54,981 nt of DNA. Source: Clostridia bacterium (lineage in GTDB: Bacteria; Bacillota; Clostridia; UMGS1883). Below the pieces are notes generated by a model. That model was given only the letters and a program-made list of their open reading frames with translations. It was not told the origin of the DNA and ran no database searches. Made by a program: the position numbers and the translations under genes. The number at the start of each line of letters is the position of its first letter. Position 1 is the stretch's first letter. This document shows positions 18,495 to 26,547 of this stretch, one piece after another. The stretch is taken from NCBI GenBank assembly GCA_045615705.1, contig JAZLFH010000053.1, forward strand, positions 1 to 54,981, in the 5' to 3' direction.

Positions 18495-19981
18495 TTTATT
18501 TTTCCCTCAGCGTTTGATTTCTCTTTTCTGAAAAAATCCATTTCTTGAGATTTACTCATTATCGCAAGAGGTCCCATCGGCTTGAGTCCGGCATAGTATT
18601 CCAATGCTCTGTCACATGCGGAAAGGACTTCCGATATTTTACCTTGTTCTGCAAATATGGTAACCATATATTTAAAAGCATCTATCTTTTTCCAAAAACA
18701 ATATTTTCTTTCAATTCCATCGATAGAGTTTTGAATTATTGATAGCATAAAATTATCGTTCGATTTAGTATATTCTTTCAGTTGTTCTTTTAAATATTTA
18801 TATTCATGTTCTTTTTTACTATCATTTTGTTGCAAAACATCAGTAATTAGTCCCAAACATACTTCACTGTATTCAAGGCATTTTTCAGAATATGAATGAT
18901 TTTCTTCTCTATGTGTAAAATAATGTTTACACAAGTCACAACATTTATTATATTTTTCTTCAACTTCAACAGAATTCTCAAATGCCATCATCAACTCTTG
19001 TTCCATTTTAGTAAATGCTTTTGCAGTAATTACAGGTCTGGGTATAGGCGTTCTTTTTGCTGGGACTTTAGCTTCCGGCATATTCCCTGTTTTCCTCAAT
19101 TCTGCAAGCTTTGCTTTTACCATATCATGTGTTTTTTGCAATAAAGCAGAAATTGTTTTTTTGTTTTCTTCACTGATTTCGGTATTTATTTCAGTACATG
19201 CAACAGAAGAATTTGCAAATGGTGTAAACGCATATGTTATACCGCTTTTTTTATTTTGACTGATACATTCGAAAAGAGGTACATATCCATTCCTATATTT
19301 ATTTGAAATAATATTTTCTAAACATTCTTGAAACATTTCAGGATATTTATTTATATAAAGTTTGTTAGTAAACCCGAACTTATTCGCCAATAGAATAAAA
19401 TCATATGCATCAAAAGGTATACCCAATTTATACTTTGCAAAAATGTAGCATTTTTCAATATACTGTATTTCATCTTTTAAATTTATCGATTCTAATATTC
19501 TATTGAAAAGTTTTTTGTCATTCATCACGGCAGACATATACAACAACATCTTCGCAGAATAATTACGAAAAGAACTTTTTTCCTTATATGTATCACGCAA
19601 TTTTAAAATTACATCAACAACTTGATTGGTCTTATTAAAAAACAGACGTTCAAGACCACAGTAAAACAAATAAACATATTCAATGCTGAATTCACCCGAG
19701 TAGGGACTTCGCAAAAATTGCGTATAAGTATATTTTTGTTCAGCATTCAACATATCAAAGGTAAACGAATAACCAGTCAACGGAATTACAGAATCGTATT
19801 CGTCAACCGACTTAATCTCAAATTCGTCTGGCATAGCACTTGGTTCATCTTTGGATAAAACAAATTCGTTTCCATGCCACTTTAAATTTTGTTTGTCAAT
19901 TATATCATTTTTACATATTAGCAAATTTTTCAAATCAGAATGAATCTGTTTTTTTAACTCAACTAATTTTATTGCTTTCAT
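18491..19981 (-). CDS. hypothetical 496-aa protein with N-terminal TerB_N-like region and Cys-containing helical C-terminus
   Basis: YSFTFDMLNAEQKYTYTQFLRSPYSGEFSIEYVYLFYCGLERLFF resembles the TerB_N signature (..Y..L...Q...Y..WL......I.YVFLYFYGLERR). The ATG at 19981 has a GGGAGGAG RBS lying inside the abiEii 3' end. Confidence 0.6.
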   Translation of the reverse strand: MKAIKLVELKKQIHSDLKNLLICKNDIIDKQNLKWHGNEFVLSKDEPSAMPDEFEIKSVDEYDSVIPLTGYSFTFDMLNAEQKYTYTQFLRSPYSGEFSIEYVYLFYCGLERLFFNKTNQVVDVILKLRDTYKEKSSFRNYSAKMLLYMSAVMNDKKLFNRILESINLKDEIQYIEKCYIFAKYKLGIPFDAYDFILLANKFGFTNKLYINKYPEMFQECLENIISNKYRNGYVPLFECISQNKKSGITYAFTPFANSSVACTEINTEISEENKKTISALLQKTHDMVKAKLAELRKTGNMPEAKVPAKRTPIPRPVITAKAFTKMEQELMMAFENSVEVEEKYNKCCDLCKHYFTHREENHSYSEKCLEYSEVCLGLITDVLQQNDSKKEHEYKYLKEQLKEYTKSNDNFMLSIIQNSIDGIERKYCFWKKIDAFKYMVTIFAEQGKISEVLSACDRALEYYAGLKPMGPLAIMSKSQEMDFFRKEKSNAEGKIK

Positions 19982-19982
19982 A

Positions 19983-20882
19983 TCAATGCTCCTCCCATTT
20001 GCCTCTATTTTTATCCCAATATTCAAAAAACTCGCACTCGTTTATGATTGCATTCCAAACAGGTTTTAAAAACTCACAAATTGACTCTATAACAGTTTTG
20101 AACTCAAGTTCCGGCATTTTTATCGTGCGAATATACAAATTCCATTTTGAAATCATCTGTGAATCATTTGCAAATTCTTTTATTTTATCAAGACTATCTC
20201 TGCTATATGTAGTACCTCTGTTTTGCAGCGTTTCAAATATTGCTTCCTGCAATTTGCGGCCATCAAAATCAAACATATTGGAAAGATAATATATATCATA
20301 AAAATCTTTCATTCTGCTTGTCATTTCAAGAAGCTGAAGTATGGCATCAAATTTTTCAGCTATTGTACTTTCAAGAGAATATGTGCTTATTTCAGGCTTT
20401 GTAAATTCATCAAGCTGAACCGGTATAATCCTCTTTTCAGATTTCGGCACAATAATATCTCCCACACCTAAATCTACATTAAAAGGCGTGCGAGTGTTTT
20501 TTATTTTCCCCATTATTTGAAATGAAACGCCTTTATATTTTCTTTGTGGCGATATAGTTTCAAAGCCCTTTGCCGTAAGTACTATAAAATCATTTCCTGT
20601 ATCTACACTTAGGATTTCTGTTATGATTTTTTCTATCTCTTCAACACTATTTGGAAGCTGACGCATAAGAAAATCTATATCCACTGTTGCTCTGCTCTCG
20701 AAGTTGGTGAGAGTATAAATAAACAAACCGCCTTTGAGAACTAGATTATCCGCATATTTTGACATTGAAAGCTTGCGCAGGAATTCTTCCTGACAAAACA
20801 ACTGCAAATGCATTTGAAGTGGCATACCCGTTTTCTTTGCCTTATTTTTGAGTTTTGCAAGTACCGATGCACCTATATCCAT
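19983..20882 (-). CDS. abiEii: AbiEii/AbiGii-family nucleotidyltransferase toxin
   Basis: LKNKAKKTGMPLQMHLQLFCQEEFLRKLSMSKYADNLVLKGGLF...RATVDIDFL is the family N-terminal pattern. The start is ATG 20882 (sharing one nt with the abiEi stop) or GTG 20891. Confidence 0.8.
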   Translation of the reverse strand: MDIGASVLAKLKNKAKKTGMPLQMHLQLFCQEEFLRKLSMSKYADNLVLKGGLFIYTLTNFESRATVDIDFLMRQLPNSVEEIEKIITEILSVDTGNDFIVLTAKGFETISPQRKYKGVSFQIMGKIKNTRTPFNVDLGVGDIIVPKSEKRIIPVQLDEFTKPEISTYSLESTIAEKFDAILQLLEMTSRMKDFYDIYYLSNMFDFDGRKLQEAIFETLQNRGTTYSRDSLDKIKEFANDSQMISKWNLYIRTIKMPELEFKTVIESICEFLKPVWNAIINECEFFEYWDKNRGKWEEH

Positions 20883-21547
20883 CACAACCACACTCCTATT
20901 CTGTCCCGTACTTTTTTATGAATATTTCTCTTTTTTGCATATTCCAAAAGATTAGTTATATTTTTACCGCTATCATTTATATATCCTATAATTGCCTTGT
21001 TATAAATTTCTCTGTCCATTTTATTTTCATGCTTAATACATTCGCAAATAAGTCTATCCTTATCAAATATTCTCATAATACAATCTTCATATTTTGCTTC
21101 GGTAATACCATATTCAAGATGAGTTTTTTCTATATAGTACGGTTTTACATAAGGATAATCTATATTAAATCTTGCCTTAGATACGTTTCTATCTATCGCA
21201 ATATCCCATGTAAGCGGAGTTCTATCGCTATATCCATAATAGAACAAAGCAGAAGTCATACAAAGAACTCCATCCGGATATAGACAACTGATGAGTTTTG
21301 CTTCGCTGTCACTTTCCGAATACCTTATAACTCTGTAATAACCCTGTTTTATACGTTCAATATATCCTTCCTTTATAAGTTCTCCTATTTCCTTTGAATA
21401 AATGCCTATACTGTTAAGCTCTGCAGTACGAATTAAGCATTTTATCCCATTATTAGTATCTAAATTTACTTTTGTTTGTCTCAAAGATGAATAGAAAGAA
21501 TCTATTATTTTATTATAGTAAGTAATTGTCTTTTTCACTTTTTTCAC
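20882..21547 (-). CDS. abiEi: AbiEi-family antitoxin/transcriptional regulator
   Basis: wHTH-like N-terminus (IRTAELNSIGIYSKEIGELIKEGYIERIKQGYY) followed by CMTSALFYYGYSDRTP, typical of AbiEi. It is paired with AbiEii downstream. Confidence 0.75.
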   Translation of the reverse strand: MKKVKKTITYYNKIIDSFYSSLRQTKVNLDTNNGIKCLIRTAELNSIGIYSKEIGELIKEGYIERIKQGYYRVIRYSESDSEAKLISCLYPDGVLCMTSALFYYGYSDRTPLTWDIAIDRNVSKARFNIDYPYVKPYYIEKTHLEYGITEAKYEDCIMRIFDKDRLICECIKHENKMDREIYNKAIIGYINDSGKNITNLLEYAKKRNIHKKVRDRIGVWL

Positions 21548-21582
21548 CTCATATAAATTCGCATTGTGGCAACTTTATATAT

Positions 21583-21611
21583 ATTATAATCTAAAAAGCA
21601 AAAAAAGTCAA
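21583..21611 (-). promoter_or_regulatory. near-consensus sigma-A promoter TTGACT-17-TATAAT for the abiE-sbcDC operon
   Basis: On the minus strand the -35 is at 21611-21606 and the -10 at 21588-21583, with a 17-nt spacer. It lies about 35 nt upstream of the abiEi start. Confidence 0.7.
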
Positions 21612-21637
21612 GTGAATCTAAAGAAATTATTATGCTA

Positions 21638-23182
21638 CTATTGCCAATTTATCTTAACATTATTTTTGTCAAATACGGTTATTTTACTAATCATAAGATC
21701 AACAAGTTCTTTTTTTAAAACTTTATCTCGGGTATGTTTTTTCATTGCAATCAATTTGTCTCCAATCATGTTTAATTTGATGGTTTTATTTTTCAAATTC
21801 TCAACACAATTATTGTATTGTGTAGCCTCCTCATCATACTTTGCTTTACCTGTTTTAAAAACTTCTTCATCTACGAGTTGATGAATATAATTGTCGTATA
21901 GTTCAAACTTCTTACGTTTGATTTCACCAATACTTTGGTAAAGTTCTCGCATTTGTTTTTCTATATTTTTAATTTCTTTTTTTGCATCTGCAGGACTGAC
22001 TGCTTCTTTTTTTAATTCAAGCTTAATTTCTTCTTTTATAAGTTTGAGAATCATTTTATTAAATGACTTTGATGATATATATTTTGTGTTACAAGCTTCT
22101 TTGTTTAGCATTCGTGTGTAACACACATATGATGCTGTATCGGGATTACTCCCACATTTTTGTATTTTTGCTCCACACACACCGCAATATATTTTTCCAA
22201 GAAATACATTATTTACACTCTTCCTTTTCTTTTTGGGTTTTGATGAAGAATTTAATAATTTCTGAACCTCATCAAAAATTTCTTTATCAACTATTTTTTC
22301 ATGAGTATTCTCATGTATTATCCATTTTGTACTATCTGTGTTCTTAATCCTTATATCACCTGTCTTATAGTAGGTAGACTCATTTCTTCCTTGAGTATAA
22401 TTTCCGATATATGTCGGATTAGTAAGGATGTCTTGTATTGTGCCTCTGTTCCATATTTTAGGTTCTGACTCACATTTCGAATAGTTATATGGCGTTATTA
22501 TGTTATGGTTTGATAAATATTCTGCAACCTTTTTAATGGATTTATATCCTAAATACAAATCGAATATTTGCTTAACAACAGGAGCTGTTTCAGGATTAAT
22601 TACAAGTTTATAATCATTATCCAGAGAATAACCGTACGGTGCTTTTCTGTAAACATTAATTCCCTTTTTTCTGAGTAATTGAACTGATTGTCCGATTTTT
22701 AACGACATATCTTTTGAATACATCATATTAATCAAATTTTTAAATGGCACAACTACGCTTGCTTCATTTATTCGTTTTAAATTGTCATAATTATCATTGA
22801 TAGAAATAAATCTTATACCGCTACTCTGGAAGAAAATATTGATTAATTGCTCTGTTTCAACAAAGTTCCTTCCAAGTCTTGAATAATCCTTCACAACAAT
22901 ACAATTAATTTTATCCTCATAAATATCCCTCATCATTTCCTTGAATGCAGGCCTATTATAATTTGTTCCTGAATATCCATTGTCGGAATATACCTTATAC
23001 AAAACCATATCATCGCAAGACATCACATAGTCTTTATCTAATTCAATTTGATTTTGCAATGACCGATAATTCTTGCTTAATTCCTTATCTTCCATTGAAA
23101 GCCTTGCATATATTCCAACATTATATATTTTTGTTTTATCTTCAATTGTAATATTTTGCTGTTTTCTACTTTTCCTTGCCAT
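21638..23182 (-). CDS. large serine recombinase (514 aa)
   Basis: VGIYARLSMED...LQNQ catalytic motif, a recombinase domain, a zinc-ribbon CGVCGAK...YVCYTR...CNTK and a coiled-coil tail. Confidence 0.85.
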   Translation of the reverse strand: MARKSRKQQNITIEDKTKIYNVGIYARLSMEDKELSKNYRSLQNQIELDKDYVMSCDDMVLYKVYSDNGYSGTNYNRPAFKEMMRDIYEDKINCIVVKDYSRLGRNFVETEQLINIFFQSSGIRFISINDNYDNLKRINEASVVVPFKNLINMMYSKDMSLKIGQSVQLLRKKGINVYRKAPYGYSLDNDYKLVINPETAPVVKQIFDLYLGYKSIKKVAEYLSNHNIITPYNYSKCESEPKIWNRGTIQDILTNPTYIGNYTQGRNESTYYKTGDIRIKNTDSTKWIIHENTHEKIVDKEIFDEVQKLLNSSSKPKKKRKSVNNVFLGKIYCGVCGAKIQKCGSNPDTASYVCYTRMLNKEACNTKYISSKSFNKMILKLIKEEIKLELKKEAVSPADAKKEIKNIEKQMRELYQSIGEIKRKKFELYDNYIHQLVDEEVFKTGKAKYDEEATQYNNCVENLKNKTIKLNMIGDKLIAMKKHTRDKVLKKELVDLMISKITVFDKNNVKINWQ

Positions 23183-23381
23183 ACATCATATCTCCCCTAA
23201 AAAATACTCTAATGTACATATACGAAAATAATTTTAAAAGTGCAAAACAAACATAGTAATAATTTTAATTTTAAAATCAAAAGCCACCACTTTCAATGTG
23301 ATGACTTTTGAACATTCCATTATTTATGTACTTGACAGCATTTTTGTAAGTTATGGAGATAATAGTTTAATTATGCTTAAA

Positions 23382-23618
23382 TCAATATTCCGGTACTTCA
23401 AGCCTACCGGTTTCTATTTCTGTTTGATAAATATCAAACATTTTCTCAATACTATAGTGCCAAAATTTTGTTTTTTCATTTTCTAAATATTTATAAAATT
23501 CTGTTCTGTATAAATTACAAATAGCATCATCTTCCGATAAATGATAGGTTTGAATTATTTTTTCTATTAGAGCTGTTGTTATCAAAGATAACAAAGCAAC
23601 GAACTTTTCTTTTTCCAT
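23382..23618 (-). CDS. small hypothetical protein (78 aa, DUF3791-like)
   Basis: Compact helical ORF just inside the island's right end. The family call is from memory only. Confidence 0.4.
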   Translation of the reverse strand: MEKEKFVALLSLITTALIEKIIQTYHLSEDDAICNLYRTEFYKYLENEKTKFWHYSIEKMFDIYQTEIETGRLEVPEY

Positions 23619-23728
23619 ACTGTAAAACTCCTAAGTATCATAAGTCTGTTTCTGTACTCATTTTACTACAAAATCCGAAACAAGTCAACAAATCATAAAA
23701 GCTTATCATTTTACCAAACTACAACATT

Positions 23729-23817
23729 CAAAAATCCTCGTTTCTGGACATTTTAAGTAAAAGTGAAGAAGAAATCGTGCATAAGTAAAAATCCCCGTTC
23801 TTGCGAACGAGGATTTT
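23729..23817 (-). repeat. tRNA-proximal half of the split tRNA-linked repeat (tRNA-Leu terminator)
   Basis: Directly abuts the tRNA-Leu 3' end and contains the GAACGGGGATTTT hairpin. Homology to the other copies stops at CA (23729-23730). Confidence 0.75.
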
Positions 23818-23904
23818 TGGTGCCCGAGGCCGGACTCGAACCGGCACGATATTGCTACCGAGGGATTTTAAGTCCCTTGCGTCTGCCAATTCCGCCACTC
23901 GGGC
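23818..23904 (-). tRNA. tRNA-Leu(TAA)
   Basis: The reverse complement reads GCCCGAGTGGCGGAATTGGCAGACGCAAGGGACTTAAAATCCCT...GGTTCGAGTCCGGCCTCGGGCACCA. It has anticodon loop CTTAAAA, a long variable arm and an encoded CCA. Confidence 0.9.
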
Positions 23905-23950
23905 AACTACAAGCGTTATATTAGCACAAATTAAGTATGATGTCAATTAA

Positions 23951-25123
23951 TTATTTTATATTTTCGCCGACAAATTCCGAAATCCTTTCAAGTGCAGTTT
24001 GAATAGACTTTACAGAGTATGCGTAACTGCATCTTACAAAACCTTCTCCGCTTTTTCCAAAGGCTGTTCCGGGCACTACCGCCACTTTTTTCTCCATCAA
24101 CAACCTGTTTGCAAACTCTTCGCTTGACAAACCGGTTTTTGAAATATTCGGGAACACATAAAATGCACCCAAAGGTTCAAAACACGAAAGCCCCATATCT
24201 CTAAAACCTTTTACCATAATTCTGCGGCGATGATTGTACTCTTCACGCATATTATTGACTTCTTCATCACAATTTTTCAGTGCCTCAATCGCTGCGTACT
24301 GGCTGGTTGTGGGAGCACACATAATGCAATACTGATGCACCTTTGTCATAGCATTAATAATAGGCTCCGGGCCAAGTGCATAACCAAGTCGCCAACCGGT
24401 CATGGCGAATGCCTTTGAAAATCCGTTTACGGTAATTGTCCTTTCCGCCATATTCTTTACAGATGCAAAAGACACATGGCTGCTTCCGTATGTAAGTTCC
24501 GAATAAATCTCATCAGACATAACCAAAATATTTGTATTTTCAAGAACTTCGGCAATTTCCTCAATGTCTTCCCTTCTCATAATTGCACCGGTCGGATTAT
24601 TCGGGAACGGCATTACCAAGAGTTTTGTTTTATCTGTGATTTTTTCTTTAAGTGCCTCTTTTGTCAGTCTGAACTCGTCCTCTTCACGAGTAACAATCGG
24701 GATAGGAGTTCCGCCCGCAAGCGTTACACACGGAGCGTAACAGACAAAGGACGGCTCGGGAATTAAAACCTCATCTCCTTTTTCTACAACGCACCTTATG
24801 ACCAAATCTATTGCTTCACTTCCGCCAACGGTTACAAGTGTCTGAGTTTTGGGGTTATATGAAAGGTCATACTTCCTTTTTACATATCGGCAAATTTCTT
24901 CACGGAGAGGTAAAAGCCCTGCGTTTGAAGTGTAGTGAGTGCGTCCTTTTTCAAGAGAATACACCGCTTCATCACGAATTGCCCACGGCGTAACAAAGTC
25001 AGGCTCGCCAACGCCGAGAGAAATTGCGTCTTTCATTTCTGCTACGATGTCAAAAAATTTTCTTATTCCGCTCGGTGCAAGTTCGGATACTTTGCTTATA
25101 ACGAGCGAAGAAGTATCTATCAT
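23951..25123 (-). CDS. class I/II PLP-dependent aminotransferase
   Basis: SGIRKFFD, GVGEPDF, and the SKAFAMTGWRLGY Lys motif. 390 aa. Confidence 0.85.
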   Translation of the reverse strand: MIDTSSLVISKVSELAPSGIRKFFDIVAEMKDAISLGVGEPDFVTPWAIRDEAVYSLEKGRTHYTSNAGLLPLREEICRYVKRKYDLSYNPKTQTLVTVGGSEAIDLVIRCVVEKGDEVLIPEPSFVCYAPCVTLAGGTPIPIVTREEDEFRLTKEALKEKITDKTKLLVMPFPNNPTGAIMRREDIEEIAEVLENTNILVMSDEIYSELTYGSSHVSFASVKNMAERTITVNGFSKAFAMTGWRLGYALGPEPIINAMTKVHQYCIMCAPTTSQYAAIEALKNCDEEVNNMREEYNHRRRIMVKGFRDMGLSCFEPLGAFYVFPNISKTGLSSEEFANRLLMEKKVAVVPGTAFGKSGEGFVRCSYAYSVKSIQTALERISEFVGENIK

Positions 25124-25602
25124 AATGTTATAACCTCCCTGTCATCTTTCTCCGCATCGTCAAAAATGACATTTTCTTTTTTGTATGTTTTAAGTACAAA
25201 GTGAGTAGCGGTTGAGATTACTTCTTCCATCGGAGCAAGTTTTTCCGAAACAAAAAGTGCAACCTCTTTAAGATTACTTCCCTCAACCATTACCAAAATA
25301 TCATAAGAACCGCTCATAAGTTGAACGGAAGACACCTGAGGATATTTGTAGATGCGTTCTGCAACCTTATCAAATCCCATACCTCGTTGCGGAGTTATTT
25401 TGAGTTCGATAATTGCGGTAGTTTCCTCACGGTCTGTCTTTTCCCAATTTACCAATGTCTTATATCCAAGAATAATTCTCTCGTCTTCAAGTTCTTTGAT
25501 GGCTGTTTCCACATCGGAGGTGGGTACGGCAAGCATAGTTGCAATCATCGAAGATGTAAGGTGGCTGTCCTTTTCGAGTAATTCAAGAATTTTCTTTTTC
25601 AT
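25120..25602 (-). CDS. Lrp/AsnC family transcriptional regulator
   Basis: N-terminal HTH (ILELLEKDSHLTSSMIATMLAVP) plus an AsnC-type ligand domain. ATGA-type overlap with the aminotransferase gene. The start is ambiguous (25602 or 25608). Confidence 0.75.
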   Translation of the reverse strand: MKKKILELLEKDSHLTSSMIATMLAVPTSDVETAIKELEDERIILGYKTLVNWEKTDREETTAIIELKITPQRGMGFDKVAERIYKYPQVSSVQLMSGSYDILVMVEGSNLKEVALFVSEKLAPMEEVISTATHFVLKTYKKENVIFDDAEKDDREVITL

Positions 25603-25731
25603 AAACATATCGCCTTTCAAGTTTTTTGTTACATTATATAAGAATATTAAAAAAAAATCAAACATAATTTCAAAATTATATTATTTGACAATATCTCCCC
25701 TTTTTTGTATAATGGAAACGGAGGCGGAGTT

Positions 25732-26403
25732 ATGCACGATGGGCACAGAGACAGACTCAGAAAAAAATTTGAAAAATCAGGATTAGAACTTTTGGCAGAG
25801 CATGAAGTTTTGGAACTTTTGCTTTTTTATGCAATACCAAGGCGTAACACAAACGATATTGCACATCGTCTTTTAGACAACTTCGGAAGTTTTTCTGCCG
25901 TTTGTGATGCCGACCTGTCCGAACTTGTAAAGGTTGATGGTGTAGGTTATGTTGCGGGAATTTTAATTAAGATGATTCCTTCGCTCACGGGTTACTACAC
26001 CGCAGACCGCTTTTCAAAAAGAAATATTATGCGTAATTCTACCGATATGGGGAATTTTGCATCTTCTATTATCGGTTTTAATACAAACGAAACCTTTGCG
26101 GTTATGTGTTTTAACAATCAACGCGCGTTACTCGGCTATGAAATTGTTGACCGTGGCACTGTAAATGAGAGTAATGTAAGCATTAGAAAAATTGTTGCGG
26201 CAGCACTTAAATATAATGCAAGTTCCGTAGTTTTGGCACACAACCACCCATCCGGGATTATTCATCCGTCAGAAGAAGACCTTTCGGTTACCGGAAAAAT
26301 ATGCGATACGCTTGAAAGTATCGGCATTTCCGTAATTGACCATATAATAGTTTCCGGCGATAAATTCACAAGCCTGTGCGACAGAGGTATGATGCCGAAT
26401 TGA
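25732..26403 (+). CDS. radC: RadC-family JAB/MPN domain protein
   Basis: HDGHRDRLRKKF N-terminus, HhH region, HNHPSG JAMM motif. GGAGGCGGAG RBS before the ATG at 25732. Confidence 0.85.
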   Translation: MHDGHRDRLRKKFEKSGLELLAEHEVLELLLFYAIPRRNTNDIAHRLLDNFGSFSAVCDADLSELVKVDGVGYVAGILIKMIPSLTGYYTADRFSKRNIMRNSTDMGNFASSIIGFNTNETFAVMCFNNQRALLGYEIVDRGTVNESNVSIRKIVAAALKYNASSVVLAHNHPSGIIHPSEEDLSVTGKICDTLESIGISVIDHIIVSGDKFTSLCDRGMMPN

Positions 26404-26422
26404 CAAAAAAGTAAAAAATGTA

Positions 26423-26451
26423 TTGACACAGGTTCATTATTATATTATACT
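26423..26451 (+). promoter_or_regulatory. sigma-A promoter TTGACA-17-TATACT for tRNA-Glu
   Basis: Hexamers at 26423-26428 and 26446-26451. The tRNA starts about 20 nt downstream. Confidence 0.65.
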
Positions 26452-26471
26452 AACAAACGCATAAAATAAAC

Positions 26472-26547
26472 GGCCTTATAGTCTAGCGGTCCAGGACGTC
26501 GCCCTCTCACGGCGAAGACCGGGGTTCGAGTCCCCGTAGGGTCACCA
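26472..26547 (+). tRNA. tRNA-Glu(CTC)
   Basis: GGCCTTATAGTCTAGCGGTCCAGGACGTCGCCCTCTCACGGCG...GGTTCGAGTCCCCGTAGGGTCACCA. Anticodon loop CTCTCAC. Confidence 0.85.

Larger units (their letters stand above)
12719..23728. mobile_element. ~11.0-kb integrated island with two large serine recombinases and a defence-like cargo operon
   Basis: The two halves of one repeat copy (12611-12718 and 23729-23817) abut the insertion, and a CA dinucleotide is present at both junctions. Recombinase genes lie near each end. Confidence 0.65.
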
